Below, piece after piece: positions 33,994 to 43,333 of a DNA stretch of 64,000 nt. How positions within the stretch are numbered: the first letter of the stretch is position 1; each line of letters opens with the position of its first letter. Where the stretch lies: IMG/VR virus record IMGVR_UViG_3300035703_000012, positions 1 to 64,000 of that record, one strand, 5' to 3'. The notes beneath the pieces are model-generated. The model saw only the letters and a program-made list of their open reading frames with translations, was not told where the DNA came from and did not search any database. The DNA comes from a virus. A program made the position numbers and the translations under genes.

Positions 33994-34739
33994 CAGTCGA
34001 ACCCCTGCACAGCGGTCTCTCCGATGCCGAAAAACAGGCTGTCGCCGAGCACCAGCGACAGCGCCCCCACGTACGAGACGCCCACGCGCTCCGGCAAGCC
34101 GCTCGCGTTGTAGGCCCACTCCTTCACCGTGAAGTCGTTTTCCAGGGTCTCGACCGCCAGAATGAGGCGGCCGGCCTGGTCGTAGATGTAGTACTGGGCC
34201 TTGAGCATGCGCGCCCCGTTCGAGAACTCGACGCTCTCGAGCTGCCCCTGGGCGTTGTAGTTGCAGGTCTCGACGAAGACCTCCAGGTCGAAGACCAGCT
34301 CGCTGCCATCCTCGTTGAGCTCGCAGGTGCCAAGCAGCACCAGGGCGTCTTCGGGCAGGCTCGTGCTGATGTCGACCGTGTAGTTGGCCGCCAGGTACAG
34401 GTAGTTGGTGACGCCCTCATGGGGAATGTAAGCCAGCTCGCCCGGGTCGTACTCGACCACCATGCCTTCCGGCGTCACCACCGTGCCCGCCGTCAGCTGG
34501 ATGACGGGCGGGTTTTGGCCGATGGGCTTGAAGCCGAACACCAGCAGCCGGCCATTCAGCAGCGCCTTGAGGCCCGCGCGCTGGTCGTCCCGCAAACCGG
34601 TGAACCCCGCGTTGAGGTTCTCCAGCGTGGCAGGGATGGTGCTCGCCACCGTGTGGGGCGTGTAGGTGAAGAAGCGGCCGGGGATGGTCACGCCTCCAGT
34701 TTCTGCAACCGGAGGGGGCACATTCTGGGAAAGTTGCAT
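33993..34739 (-). CDS. YD-repeat-containing fibre-module protein, paralogue 1
   Basis: YYIYDQAGRLI and IQLTAGT. 248 aa. Confidence 0.6.
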   Translation of the reverse strand: MQLSQNVPPPVAETGGVTIPGRFFTYTPHTVASTIPATLENLNAGFTGLRDDQRAGLKALLNGRLLVFGFKPIGQNPPVIQLTAGTVVTPEGMVVEYDPGELAYIPHEGVTNYLYLAANYTVDISTSLPEDALVLLGTCELNEDGSELVFDLEVFVETCNYNAQGQLESVEFSNGARMLKAQYYIYDQAGRLILAVETLENDFTVKEWAYNASGLPERVGVSYVGALSLVLGDSLFFGIGETAVQGFD

Positions 34740-34755
34740 GGCTGCAAGGCGCCCA

Positions 34756-34764
34756 TGCTATGAT
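34756..34764 (+). promoter_or_regulatory. extended -10 element TGCTATGAT
   Basis: It lies in the 56-bp divergent gap, with TTGCAT 19 nt upstream. This placement would favour the ATG at 34796 as the ATPase start. Confidence 0.35.
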
Positions 34765-34795
34765 CACCGATCGGAGCCCGTTTCCTGAGGTTGTC

Positions 34796-35611
34796 ATGCA
34801 GATGCTGGACGTTCCCGCGCTCGACCAGCCTTTTTCCACCACCCCGAGCCCGCGCTACTTCTACCTGGCCGAGCAGTACCGCGAGGCCCTGAACCACGCC
34901 ATCAGCACCGTGATGCAGCGCGACGGCCTGGGCATCCTGGCGGGCCCCATCGGCTGCGGCAAGAGCACGCTGCTGCGCTACCTGGTCGACTGGCTCAACG
35001 ACGCCCTGCTCGACCGAATGCAGCTCGGCATCATCTACAACCCGAGCGTGAGCACGGACTTCCAGCTGCTCAAGGCCATCTGCAAGGAGTTCGACCTGCC
35101 GCCCAAGCCCCGCAAGGACGAGCAGCTCGAAGCCCTGCGCGAGCACCTGGCGGCCCAGGAGCAGGCCGGCAAGGTGGTGGTGCTGCTCATCGACGAGGCC
35201 CACAAGCTGAACGGGCCGCAGCTCGAGCTGGTGCGGGAGTTCTTCAACTTCGCGCACAACGACCGCTTCTACATGCAGGTGATCCTGGCGGGCGAGACCC
35301 AGCCGCTGAAGCACAAGCTCAAAAACAAGCAGGCCATTCTCTCGCGGGCCATGTACTACTACGACCTCGAGCCGCTGACGCTGGCGGACACCCGGGAGCT
35401 GATCCGCTTCCGCCTCAAGGTCGCCGAGCTTCCGACCGATTGGTTCACGGACGGGGCCATCGCGACGGTGCACCATGTGACCAAGGGCGTGCCGCGCAGC
35501 ATCGTCAAGCTGTGCCGGCACGCCTACGATCTCGCCAAGCCGGGCGAGGCCATCGACGTCGACCAGGTGGAGCACGTCGCACGCAAGGGAAAGGCGGTTT
35601 TTGGTGGGTAA
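34796..35611 (+). CDS. AAA+ ATPase, ExeA/GspA-TniB-MuB-like
   Basis: Walker A GPIGCGKST (34943-34969) and Walker B VVVLLIDEAHKL. An alternative ATG lies at 34760. It overlaps the next gene by 11 nt. Confidence 0.8.
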   Translation: MQMLDVPALDQPFSTTPSPRYFYLAEQYREALNHAISTVMQRDGLGILAGPIGCGKSTLLRYLVDWLNDALLDRMQLGIIYNPSVSTDFQLLKAICKEFDLPPKPRKDEQLEALREHLAAQEQAGKVVVLLIDEAHKLNGPQLELVREFFNFAHNDRFYMQVILAGETQPLKHKLKNKQAILSRAMYYYDLEPLTLADTRELIRFRLKVAELPTDWFTDGAIATVHHVTKGVPRSIVKLCRHAYDLAKPGEAIDVDQVEHVARKGKAVFGG

Positions 35612-36476
35612 CCTCGACTACCTGTCGAACGCCAAGCGCATCCGCGAGCAGACCCTCGAGCTCAAGCGGGCGCAGTTCGCCGAGGAGGTCGAGGCCAGCT
35701 TTCAGATCAAGCTGGAGCTCATCGACCCCAACCCCTACCAGCCGCGGGTGGACTTCTCGGCCGTCGAGCGCATGGCCGAGAGCCTGCGCGAGCACGGGCA
35801 GTACTACCCCATCCTCGTGCGCCGCGTGGCGGATCGCTACCAGGTCGCCGACGGCGAGACGCGCCTGCGGGCCGCCAAGCTGAACGCGGCCCAGCACCCC
35901 GACAGTCCCGCCACCATCGCCGCGGTGCTCAAGCCTTACAACAATGTCGACATGGCCGTCATCGCCTTCCGCACGGCCTACGACCGCAAGGAGCTCAACC
36001 CCGTGGAGGAGGCCCGCGGGCTGCGCCGGCTGCATGACGAGCTGCGCATCGAGTACCGCGAGATCGCACGCCGGCTGGGCCGGCCGGAGAGCTACATCTA
36101 CGACCGGACCCGCCTGCTGGGGCTCAACCCGCTGCTCAGCGCGGCCATCGAGCAAGACGCTCTGAGCGCGAGTGCCGCCATCAAGCTGCAGGCGCTGGGG
36201 CTGGAGTCCGACGAGGAGCTGGCGCGCGCGATCGCCCTGGTGCGCGAGGAGCGCATGACGGTCCAGACCATCCAGGCCCAACGCGCTCGCCTGCTGCAGG
36301 CCGCCAAGACCCAGGAGCCGGTCGACAGCGCTGCGCCCGACGCCAGTCAGACCCTGTGGCGGGATCTTCGCACCATCTGGAAGCACCTCGACCCGGCGGC
36401 CCAGAAGCGGCTGGTCGAGACGGCCTCCCAGCTCGCGGCCACCCGGCTCAGCGGAAGTACTCCGGCGGAAGCTTGA
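35601..36476 (+). CDS. ParB/Srx-like N-terminal domain protein with HTH
   Basis: LELIDPNPYQPR, PILV, ADGETRLRAA (about 35850-35876) and HTH EIARRLGRPESYIYDRTRLL. Confidence 0.8.
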   Translation: MVGNLDYLSNAKRIREQTLELKRAQFAEEVEASFQIKLELIDPNPYQPRVDFSAVERMAESLREHGQYYPILVRRVADRYQVADGETRLRAAKLNAAQHPDSPATIAAVLKPYNNVDMAVIAFRTAYDRKELNPVEEARGLRRLHDELRIEYREIARRLGRPESYIYDRTRLLGLNPLLSAAIEQDALSASAAIKLQALGLESDEELARAIALVREERMTVQTIQAQRARLLQAAKTQEPVDSAAPDASQTLWRDLRTIWKHLDPAAQKRLVETASQLAATRLSGSTPAEA

Positions 36477-36648
36477 GGCGAATCTCCGCAGGCAGCGCCG
36501 CCAGCAGCGCCTGCATCTTGGCTTCGAGCTCCGTCAGACGGGCGTCGTCCGTCGCGGGCGGGGGCATGAAGACCAGACCGCCCGTTTCGGGGCAGCGGTA
36601 GTAACCTTCCACGGGCTGAACCTCAGGCGTTGAGGATGCACACGACAT
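36448..36648 (-). CDS. hypothetical 66-aa protein
   Basis: Convergent with the ParB-like gene and overlapping its 3' end by 29 nt. Confidence 0.45.
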   Translation of the reverse strand: MSCASSTPEVQPVEGYYRCPETGGLVFMPPPATDDARLTELEAKMQALLAALPAEIRLKLPPEYFR

Positions 36649-38104
36649 CCTTGAGGGCGGGGGCTTGCGCCACGTTCTGGCTGCTGAGCTTGAACATGTA
36701 GAAGAACTTGGTGCGGGTGGCGTCAGCGCTCAGCGTCACCTGGCGCTCGTGCTCGTACCAGCCGGCTTCCAGCCCGGGCACGGGCACCTTGGTCTCGCCG
36801 GTGGCCGGCACGAGCCGCCAGACCATGCTGTTGAAGAGCTCGACCTCGGCCCAGTCGGCGTTGCTCGGACCCGGCGTCGAGCCTGCTGCCACGCTGCCGA
36901 GCGCCACGTAGGTCGTGGCCTGGTAGGTGACCAGCGCGTTGGCGCTGTAGCTGCTGGCCGCGCTGTAGGCCGCAGGGGTGGTGGCCAGCCGCCCGTCGCT
37001 GAAGTACCAGCGCACCTGCGCGGCGCTGCTCGGCACCCAGAGCTTGGCGACCATGCGCACGCTCTGGTAGGCCGCCGCCAGCGTGAGCTGCTTGCTGACC
37101 ACCCGCGAGCTGGCCTCGCGCTCGAAGAACTCCACCCGCAGGCTGCTGAGGTCCACGAAGGGCGAGACCAGGCTGGTGCCGCCCCCGCGCAGCCGCACGC
37201 GCAGCTGGATCTTCTGGAAGGGCGCATCGAGGAACTGATTGGAAAACGGCTGCACGCTGCGCCAGTTGGACCAGACGGTCGAGGTCTCCAGCGGGGCGGT
37301 GCGGTACTCCCAGGCCACCTCCGTGACGAGGTTGGCGCGCTCGCTTTGCATCAGGTTGAAGAGCGCATGCAGCCGGAAGCCCACCACGTTGGGCCGGCCC
37401 ACCAGCATCTCGTCGAAGGTGAAGGTCTCGGACGTGTTGTCGAACTGGGCGAAGTGCAGCCGGAACCACAGGTCCCGGTTGGGCAGCGGCTCCCAGCTCG
37501 CGAGGTCCGAGCTCTGCAGCAGGGTGCCCTCCGGGTAGGGCTGGGTCTTGATGCGCCCGTCGCTGGACGTGGCCCCGATCTCCAGCTGGCCGAGCTCCGC
37601 GTAGTACACCTGGTAGAGCGGAGAATCCGTCGCCACCACCACGGCGTAGCGCTGGCCCGCGCGCAGCAGCGTGGGCGTCGGCAGCACGAAGTCCACGACC
37701 CCGCTTGCAGTCGTCAAGCGGTCTCGGACGTCGGCAGCCGAAACCCGGACGGGCTCGACCACCAGCATGTCGGTGGGAATGCCGTTCTCGACCTCGCGTA
37801 CCTCGATGCGGACGTCCGGGTCGGCGGCCGTGACGGAAGCGGGCGCGGGCGGGGCGGCCACGAACTTCAGCTGCACCTTCGTCAGGTACGCGTCGGCCTC
37901 GGGCAGCTGGAAGGTCTGCGCCAGCGGATCGCGCCGGATCGGCGTGCGCCGCGGAGGCGCCTGCGGCTTGGGGGGCTCGAGCACGTCGATCTTGACGATC
38001 TTGGTGTCCGGCGGCACGCTGGGAAAGGGGCTGGAAGCCACCACCTGGACGTTCGTGCTGGAGTTGGTCGGCAGACCCGTCAGCGTGAAGATCTTCTTGT
38101 CCAT
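36623..38104 (-). CDS. virion structural protein with CBM5/12-like motif
   Basis: 493 aa. Contains DPLAQTF and YSANALVTYQATTYVALGSVAAGSTPGPSNADWAEV. Confidence 0.6.
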   Translation of the reverse strand: MDKKIFTLTGLPTNSSTNVQVVASSPFPSVPPDTKIVKIDVLEPPKPQAPPRRTPIRRDPLAQTFQLPEADAYLTKVQLKFVAAPPAPASVTAADPDVRIEVREVENGIPTDMLVVEPVRVSAADVRDRLTTASGVVDFVLPTPTLLRAGQRYAVVVATDSPLYQVYYAELGQLEIGATSSDGRIKTQPYPEGTLLQSSDLASWEPLPNRDLWFRLHFAQFDNTSETFTFDEMLVGRPNVVGFRLHALFNLMQSERANLVTEVAWEYRTAPLETSTVWSNWRSVQPFSNQFLDAPFQKIQLRVRLRGGGTSLVSPFVDLSSLRVEFFEREASSRVVSKQLTLAAAYQSVRMVAKLWVPSSAAQVRWYFSDGRLATTPAAYSAASSYSANALVTYQATTYVALGSVAAGSTPGPSNADWAEVELFNSMVWRLVPATGETKVPVPGLEAGWYEHERQVTLSADATRTKFFYMFKLSSQNVAQAPALKDVVCILNA

Positions 38105-38120
38105 GGCTTTGCGTCCTGTC

Positions 38121-41100
38121 TCAAACGTCCCGCGACGTGGCCGTAACTCCCGGTGGCAGCCCTTGCAGCGTGACCGTGGCGCCGTCCGTCACCGTGGCGG
38201 CGATTTCCACGGGCTGAGTGCCCGTGGTGCGAATCTCTGCTGGCAGCTGGATGATATTTGCACTGACCCGGTCCACGCTTGTGTTGTTCACCTTCAAGTC
38301 AATCCGAGCTGCCGTGACGCTGTCCCGGTTCTTCAGCACGACGGTGAACTGCAGCGGGACCTTGACGGTGGTGAGACCCGCTCCACTGATGGTGATGCGG
38401 CGCTCCGTCGCATCGGTTGCCACTTCACGCCACTGGACCGTGAACTTGTTGGTCACGTCCGGCCCCTGCAGGACGCCGTCTCGGTCGTAGGTCAGGTAGC
38501 CGTTGTTGGGGGCAAGCGGGATGTTGACGCCACTGACGTGCGCCACGTGCACCTGCACCTGGCCGGGCACGCCCACCGTGCCGTTGCTGACGACGGGCAG
38601 CTTGAAGTGCACGTCAAGCTCGATGTTGGCGGTGTCCGTCGTCAGGTTGGCGAGCTGGAGGTTGCCGTCCGGCAGCAGCGTCCGGGTGGTGGGGCTGGTC
38701 ACGTGGTAGAGCTTGAGGGGTGCTGTCTGCACGAACTGCGGCGCGTACTGCTTATTGGGGCTTTCGATCAGGCGCGCGAGCTGCGCGAGCTCGGCCGTGT
38801 TCTCCACGATGCCGATCAGCGCGGCAGCCTTGTAAGGGGCCTGGGCCGCCAGGTTCTTGTCTGTGAAAAGCACGCGGGCCTCCACGGCGACGGTGCCGGA
38901 GGTGATGCCTTCCGGGATGTAGAACTCGACATCGAAGCGCCCCTCGGCCGAGGCCTGCACCAGGTAGGACGCGGGGTAAGCCACGACCTTGGTCTTGTTG
39001 AGCAGCTCGACCTCGGTTTTGTCGGCCTCCACCGCACGGGTGCCGTCCATGTCGCAGATGAACCCGTGCCCGGCGGCCCCCTTGATGCCCTTGATCAGCG
39101 GCCGGCGGCCGTCGACGCGCAGCTCGACGAAGCTGAACGCCGGAAAGCCCGAGCCGTGAGCACCGTTGAGCGTCGGGGCCATGGTGGCGGGGATGCCCCG
39201 GCTCGCCGCACCCGACGTTTTGAACGCGGTGGCGTAGCGGTTGCGATCCTCGGTGTAGGCCTGCCAGTCATACTCGTAGTTCTGGATGAGCTTGCGGAAG
39301 TTCTCGCTGGCGCCGCTGCTGATGGTGAGGTCTGTGTTCTCGACCGCACCGTTGTCGGCATCCAGCGTCAGGCTGGGGCCTGCCACGTACTCGTCGAACT
39401 GGTTGACCTGCAGCGCCCCTGTGGCGAGCTGCTGGCCAAGGTCGCCCAGCTCGACCTCGCGGGCCCGGCTGAGCGTCAGAAGCTTCTCGCCGCCGGCGAG
39501 CTTCTTGGCCTCGGCGCTGAGCGTGGCAAGCGTAAGGGTGTACTGCGCCCCGGGCGCTGTGCCCGTCGGCGGGTGGTAGGTGTGCGCCGTCATCGGCAAG
39601 GTGAAGCGCTGCCCGATAAGATCCAGGCTGCGCTCGGAGCTGGAGGCCTCGTCGAACCGCAGCTCGCGCCGGGCGAGGTTGTCGACGGTGTAGATGAAGC
39701 TCTCCGTGACGATGCCCCGCAGCGCGGCGCTGTTGCCGGCCCGCTGGATGGCCTGGTTGTTGAGGTCGTTGACGGCCGCGTTGTACTCGGCCCGGTTGAG
39801 CCGCTCGACCAGCTCGCGCAGCTCGAGCATGGTCAGACGCTTCACGTTGTAGGCCGTGACCGTCGTCCCGGCGTGGCCCTGCCCGGCCTTCACCAGCAGC
39901 GAGCCCAGCGCCAGCACGTCCGGGAGCACCGGCGGGGCGATGGGCTTCTCCGCGCTCTGGCCGAGCGCGAGCCGGAGCTCGCCCGCGCCGTCGAGGTAGA
40001 CGACGTCGAGCCGGTTGAGGTGGTAGCGGTACTCCACACGAAGCTCGGAGCCCGGGGTGCTGCCGTCCGTCTTGTTCCGAAAGAAGGGCTTTTGCGCCCC
40101 GGCGTTGGTGAGGAAGTAGGTCAGGTCCAGGTAGTGCTCGCCGCTCTCGCTGGTGTAGAGTGCGAACTCGGCCAGCTCCAGCTTGCGCTGGTAGCGCAGG
40201 TAGACGTGGTACACGTCGTTGGCCGCCGGCTCGCTGAGGTAAACCTCCTGCCAGTACTCCGCGTCGATGGTGCCCGCCAGGTCCTTGACGGGCGGCTTGT
40301 TGGCGTGGGCCTTGCGGGCGCGCCAGTAACGGTTCTCGCCGTCGCGCTGCAGGTACTGGACGACAGCCCCCTTCTCGTAGGTGACAGCCGACTCCCAGGC
40401 AAGGGCTTCGCTGCTCGGAATCGGGTTCCAGTACAGCCGCGTGCCCTGCAGGTAGTAAGCCCCCAGCCCGACGTTGCTGACGGCGTTGAGGTAGACCTTT
40501 TCCGGATTCTCGATGGCCGCATCCGACGTGTCGCCCGCCGTGAAGACCTGCAGAATCTCGGCCAGGCTCTCGTCTTGGCCCAGGGGAATCTCGTCGAAGC
40601 CGTTCAGGCTGTGGCCCGTGACCGTCACGACCTTGTCGAAGTAGGCGTAGACCGCGTCGATCGCCGCCACCGGCTGCTTGAACAGCAAGAAGCGGTGGCT
40701 GGCCAGGCTGTTGTCCTGCGTGACGGCGTAACGGTGGTAGGTGTCGATGGCCTCGTCCGTGTCCAGCGCCTTGGGCACGTCGAGGTACTCGGGCACCAGC
40801 TTGAGGATCTGGTTGCCTTGGACGTAGGCCGTGGAGCCAGCGCGGTTGGCGTCGTTGCGGTTGTTGACCTTGAGCCGGAAGCTCGTGCTGTCGGGGTCGC
40901 TGGCGGCCTCCACCGCAAGGTCGAAGCCGTTGACGACGTAGTTGCCGCTCTCGTCGTAGGTGCGCCGGGCCAGCGTGCGCGTCACCGGGTCGAGCTGACC
41001 CACGGCCACGGCGAGCTGCTGCTGCCGGTCGAGGAAGGTGTAGACGGGGATGAAGCCCGCCTCCGGCGTGGCGTCGGTGCGCATCTCCCAGGCGGCCGTG

Positions 41101-41531
41101 ACGCGCAGCCGGTTGGCACCCGGCTGGCCGTAGTTGAGCTCCTCGACCGCCGGGTCCAGCAGCGCCGGGTCCTGGTCAGCCGTGACGAGCGCCTCCGTCA
41201 GCCGCACGCCCACGTAGGCGTAGCCCGTGGCGGGCAGCGCCAGGGTGGCGGCCGGCACGTGGTGAATCAGGCCCGAGGCGTAGAAGGAGATGCCCTTCAT
41301 GGCGAGCGTGGCGCCGTCCACGCTCTGGCTGAAGGTGCCGTCCTCGGCCTTGACGATGCTGCCTTCCTTGAAGAGCACGTCCGTCAGCGTCTGGTGGATG
41401 CTGCGGCTGATGGCCTGCAGCTCGTTAAACTCCTGCGACTGCGGCGGGTAGCCCGCGCGCGCCCGCACCTCGACGTAGCGCTTGGCGGCGTCGAACTGGT
41501 TGTAGTAGCCTTCCTCGGCGGGGATGGTCAT
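38121..41531 (-). CDS. large baseplate-distal structural protein
   Basis: 1136 aa. Contains YEKGAVVQYL...YWRARKAH...PP......YWQEV (CBM5/12-like). Confidence 0.65.
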   Translation of the reverse strand: MTIPAEEGYYNQFDAAKRYVEVRARAGYPPQSQEFNELQAISRSIHQTLTDVLFKEGSIVKAEDGTFSQSVDGATLAMKGISFYASGLIHHVPAATLALPATGYAYVGVRLTEALVTADQDPALLDPAVEELNYGQPGANRLRVTAAWEMRTDATPEAGFIPVYTFLDRQQQLAVAVGQLDPVTRTLARRTYDESGNYVVNGFDLAVEAASDPDSTSFRLKVNNRNDANRAGSTAYVQGNQILKLVPEYLDVPKALDTDEAIDTYHRYAVTQDNSLASHRFLLFKQPVAAIDAVYAYFDKVVTVTGHSLNGFDEIPLGQDESLAEILQVFTAGDTSDAAIENPEKVYLNAVSNVGLGAYYLQGTRLYWNPIPSSEALAWESAVTYEKGAVVQYLQRDGENRYWRARKAHANKPPVKDLAGTIDAEYWQEVYLSEPAANDVYHVYLRYQRKLELAEFALYTSESGEHYLDLTYFLTNAGAQKPFFRNKTDGSTPGSELRVEYRYHLNRLDVVYLDGAGELRLALGQSAEKPIAPPVLPDVLALGSLLVKAGQGHAGTTVTAYNVKRLTMLELRELVERLNRAEYNAAVNDLNNQAIQRAGNSAALRGIVTESFIYTVDNLARRELRFDEASSSERSLDLIGQRFTLPMTAHTYHPPTGTAPGAQYTLTLATLSAEAKKLAGGEKLLTLSRAREVELGDLGQQLATGALQVNQFDEYVAGPSLTLDADNGAVENTDLTISSGASENFRKLIQNYEYDWQAYTEDRNRYATAFKTSGAASRGIPATMAPTLNGAHGSGFPAFSFVELRVDGRRPLIKGIKGAAGHGFICDMDGTRAVEADKTEVELLNKTKVVAYPASYLVQASAEGRFDVEFYIPEGITSGTVAVEARVLFTDKNLAAQAPYKAAALIGIVENTAELAQLARLIESPNKQYAPQFVQTAPLKLYHVTSPTTRTLLPDGNLQLANLTTDTANIELDVHFKLPVVSNGTVGVPGQVQVHVAHVSGVNIPLAPNNGYLTYDRDGVLQGPDVTNKFTVQWREVATDATERRITISGAGLTTVKVPLQFTVVLKNRDSVTAARIDLKVNNTSVDRVSANIIQLPAEIRTTGTQPVEIAATVTDGATVTLQGLPPGVTATSRDV

Positions 41532-41543
41532 CGGCTTCTCCGG

Positions 41544-42368
41544 CTAGAACTCGAGGACGTAGCGCATGAACTCGCGGTGGTTGGCCTGCCGCACCACGAC
41601 GCTGTCGTTGACCACCAGCTCCATCGCGCCGATGCGCTCGACCTGGCTGGGCAGCAGCACCTGCGGGTAGGGCGTCGCCACCGTGCTCTTCGGCTGCAGC
41701 TGCGTGAAGACGGCGGACTGCCGAAAGCTCTTGAGCGGCAGCTCGACGTAGCGCAGCACCGCCTCGACAAACACGTGCCGGGCCCCGCTGTCGTAAGCCG
41801 CCTGGAGCTGCGCGGCCGTGGCCGTCGGCACGCTGCGGAAGTTGCCGCCGGCGTAGTCGATGTCGCCGTCGGCGTCGGGAATGCACAACATGCGGCGCTC
41901 GACCTGCTTGAACCCGATGGCGCCGTCCACCTTGTAGGTGACGCTCTCGCCGATGCTGGCGGCGGGCATCTCGGCCGTCACCGTCAGGCTCAGGCCCTTG
42001 ACCAGCGTGGTGCGGGGCGTCGCGCTGGGCGTCAGGCCACCTGCCAGCAGCGTCTCGCTGCCCAGGTTGCTGACGCTGTAGAGCGCGTAGGTGTTGGCGT
42101 CCGTCACGCGCAGGCGGTAGGCCGCCACGCCGCCCTCGAAGGCGTCGCGCGTGAAGCGCAGCGAGGCCGTGCCGGTCGTCAGCACCGTGCTGTTGCTCTC
42201 CACCACGGCGATGCGGCCCATGTTGGTGTCCGCGACCGTCGGCAGCGGCGGGTCCGACTCGTCCAGCCAGGGGTCCGCCACGGCGATGCCCACCCAGATC
42301 TCAGGCTCGTTGAGAAAGCGGATGGCACGCGCGGTTCGTCCCACACTGGGGGCAACGGGGATGGGCAC
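41544..42368 (-). CDS. baseplate-associated structural protein
   Basis: 274 aa. GTG start follows GAGGGAG. Confidence 0.55.
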   Translation of the reverse strand: MPIPVAPSVGRTARAIRFLNEPEIWVGIAVADPWLDESDPPLPTVADTNMGRIAVVESNSTVLTTGTASLRFTRDAFEGGVAAYRLRVTDANTYALYSVSNLGSETLLAGGLTPSATPRTTLVKGLSLTVTAEMPAASIGESVTYKVDGAIGFKQVERRMLCIPDADGDIDYAGGNFRSVPTATAAQLQAAYDSGARHVFVEAVLRYVELPLKSFRQSAVFTQLQPKSTVATPYPQVLLPSQVERIGAMELVVNDSVVVRQANHREFMRYVLEF

Positions 42369-42433
42369 TGCGAAACTCCCTCAGAGGTGTGCCTTCTTAA
42401 TCTAGAAGCTCCCCTTCGGCAGATTCTGGGCAG

Positions 42434-43330
42434 CTAGTTCGTCAGCACGCGCCGGTCCGTGTTGGGGTGGACCTGCACCGGCCCCGCCACGGCCTGCGCC
42501 CACGTCACGCCCGCGAAGCTGTGGAAAGCCACCTGGCAGCGCAGGTCCAGGGTGTTCCAGCAATCGACTTCGGGGATGTCCGTGGTCTGGAAGCGGTCGT
42601 AAAAGCCGACCTTGCCGCCGCCCCAGGGTGTTTCGTGGCTCAGAACCAGCGGCTGGTGAAGCCGGTGGCGGTACTCGTAGCTGTGGTCGCTCTCGATGAG
42701 GCCGCCCGCCGCGAGCGTGATCTCGTCGACGCGGTAGTCCCGCAGCGTGCTGAAAAACAGCTTGACGCCCGCTGCGACCGCGCGCTCCGCCGTGGGGCGC
42801 GTCAGGGGCGAGTAGCCCCGCGTGCGCACGTCCACCACGAACGGGCGGTCGTAAGGGCTGGCGTAGCGGGCCTGCCCGGACCAGCCAAACACGGAGTCCT
42901 TGCCGGCGGTGCCGGGCGTGCGCTTGCCGTACCAGGCCTGCGTCTTCCAGGGAATCAAGAGCGTGGTCTCGAGCCCCGTCGTGTCCGCCACGAAGGCGCG
43001 CAGGCCCGTCTCCGTGGTGTGGTCGACGCCGACAGAGTCAAGCAGCCTCTGGCGGTAGGCGTCGTCGACCTCGCCTGGCAGCCTCTCCAGCGCCAGGTCC
43101 TCGCCCCAGCGGTCGAGAAACTCGCCCTCTGCCTGGCTGAGAACCAGGCCCTCGCGCGTGACGGCGATGGCGTCTTGCAGGCTTGCCAGCTGGTCGGCCA
43201 GGTTCGCGACGAGCCGGCCCACGACGCCGGTGGCGAGCGCCTGCTCGGAGAACCACTGCGGACGCACGGGCAGGTGCTTTTTGAGCTCGCCGAGCGCCAG
43301 GTCCTTGAGAAGCTGCAGCCGCGTCGTCAT
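42434..43330 (-). CDS. baseplate protein (tail protein I/Mu gp48-position)
   Basis: 298 aa, immediately downstream of the J-like gene. Confidence 0.5.
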   Translation of the reverse strand: MTTRLQLLKDLALGELKKHLPVRPQWFSEQALATGVVGRLVANLADQLASLQDAIAVTREGLVLSQAEGEFLDRWGEDLALERLPGEVDDAYRQRLLDSVGVDHTTETGLRAFVADTTGLETTLLIPWKTQAWYGKRTPGTAGKDSVFGWSGQARYASPYDRPFVVDVRTRGYSPLTRPTAERAVAAGVKLFFSTLRDYRVDEITLAAGGLIESDHSYEYRHRLHQPLVLSHETPWGGGKVGFYDRFQTTDIPEVDCWNTLDLRCQVAFHSFAGVTWAQAVAGPVQVHPNTDRRVLTN

Positions 43331-43333
43331 GCG

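Noticed and set aside
18073-34739. A diversity-generating retroelement, or invertible (shufflon or Gin-type) switching of fibre genes.
   Set aside because: There is no reverse transcriptase and I saw no template/variable repeat pair. All fibre genes share one orientation. I noticed no flanking inverted repeats. The only recombinase lies 28 kb away.
37671-42437. Very long + strand ORF (1588 aa). Similar long ORFs lie antisense to the late genes (52429..55515, 45977..48712, 48739..51411) and to the early genes (2654..4243 on the - strand).
   Set aside because: They are Arg/Gly/Ala/His-rich with no motifs. This is typical of shadow ORFs in high-GC DNA. The opposite strand encodes proteins with recognisable structural motifs and start-stop coupling.
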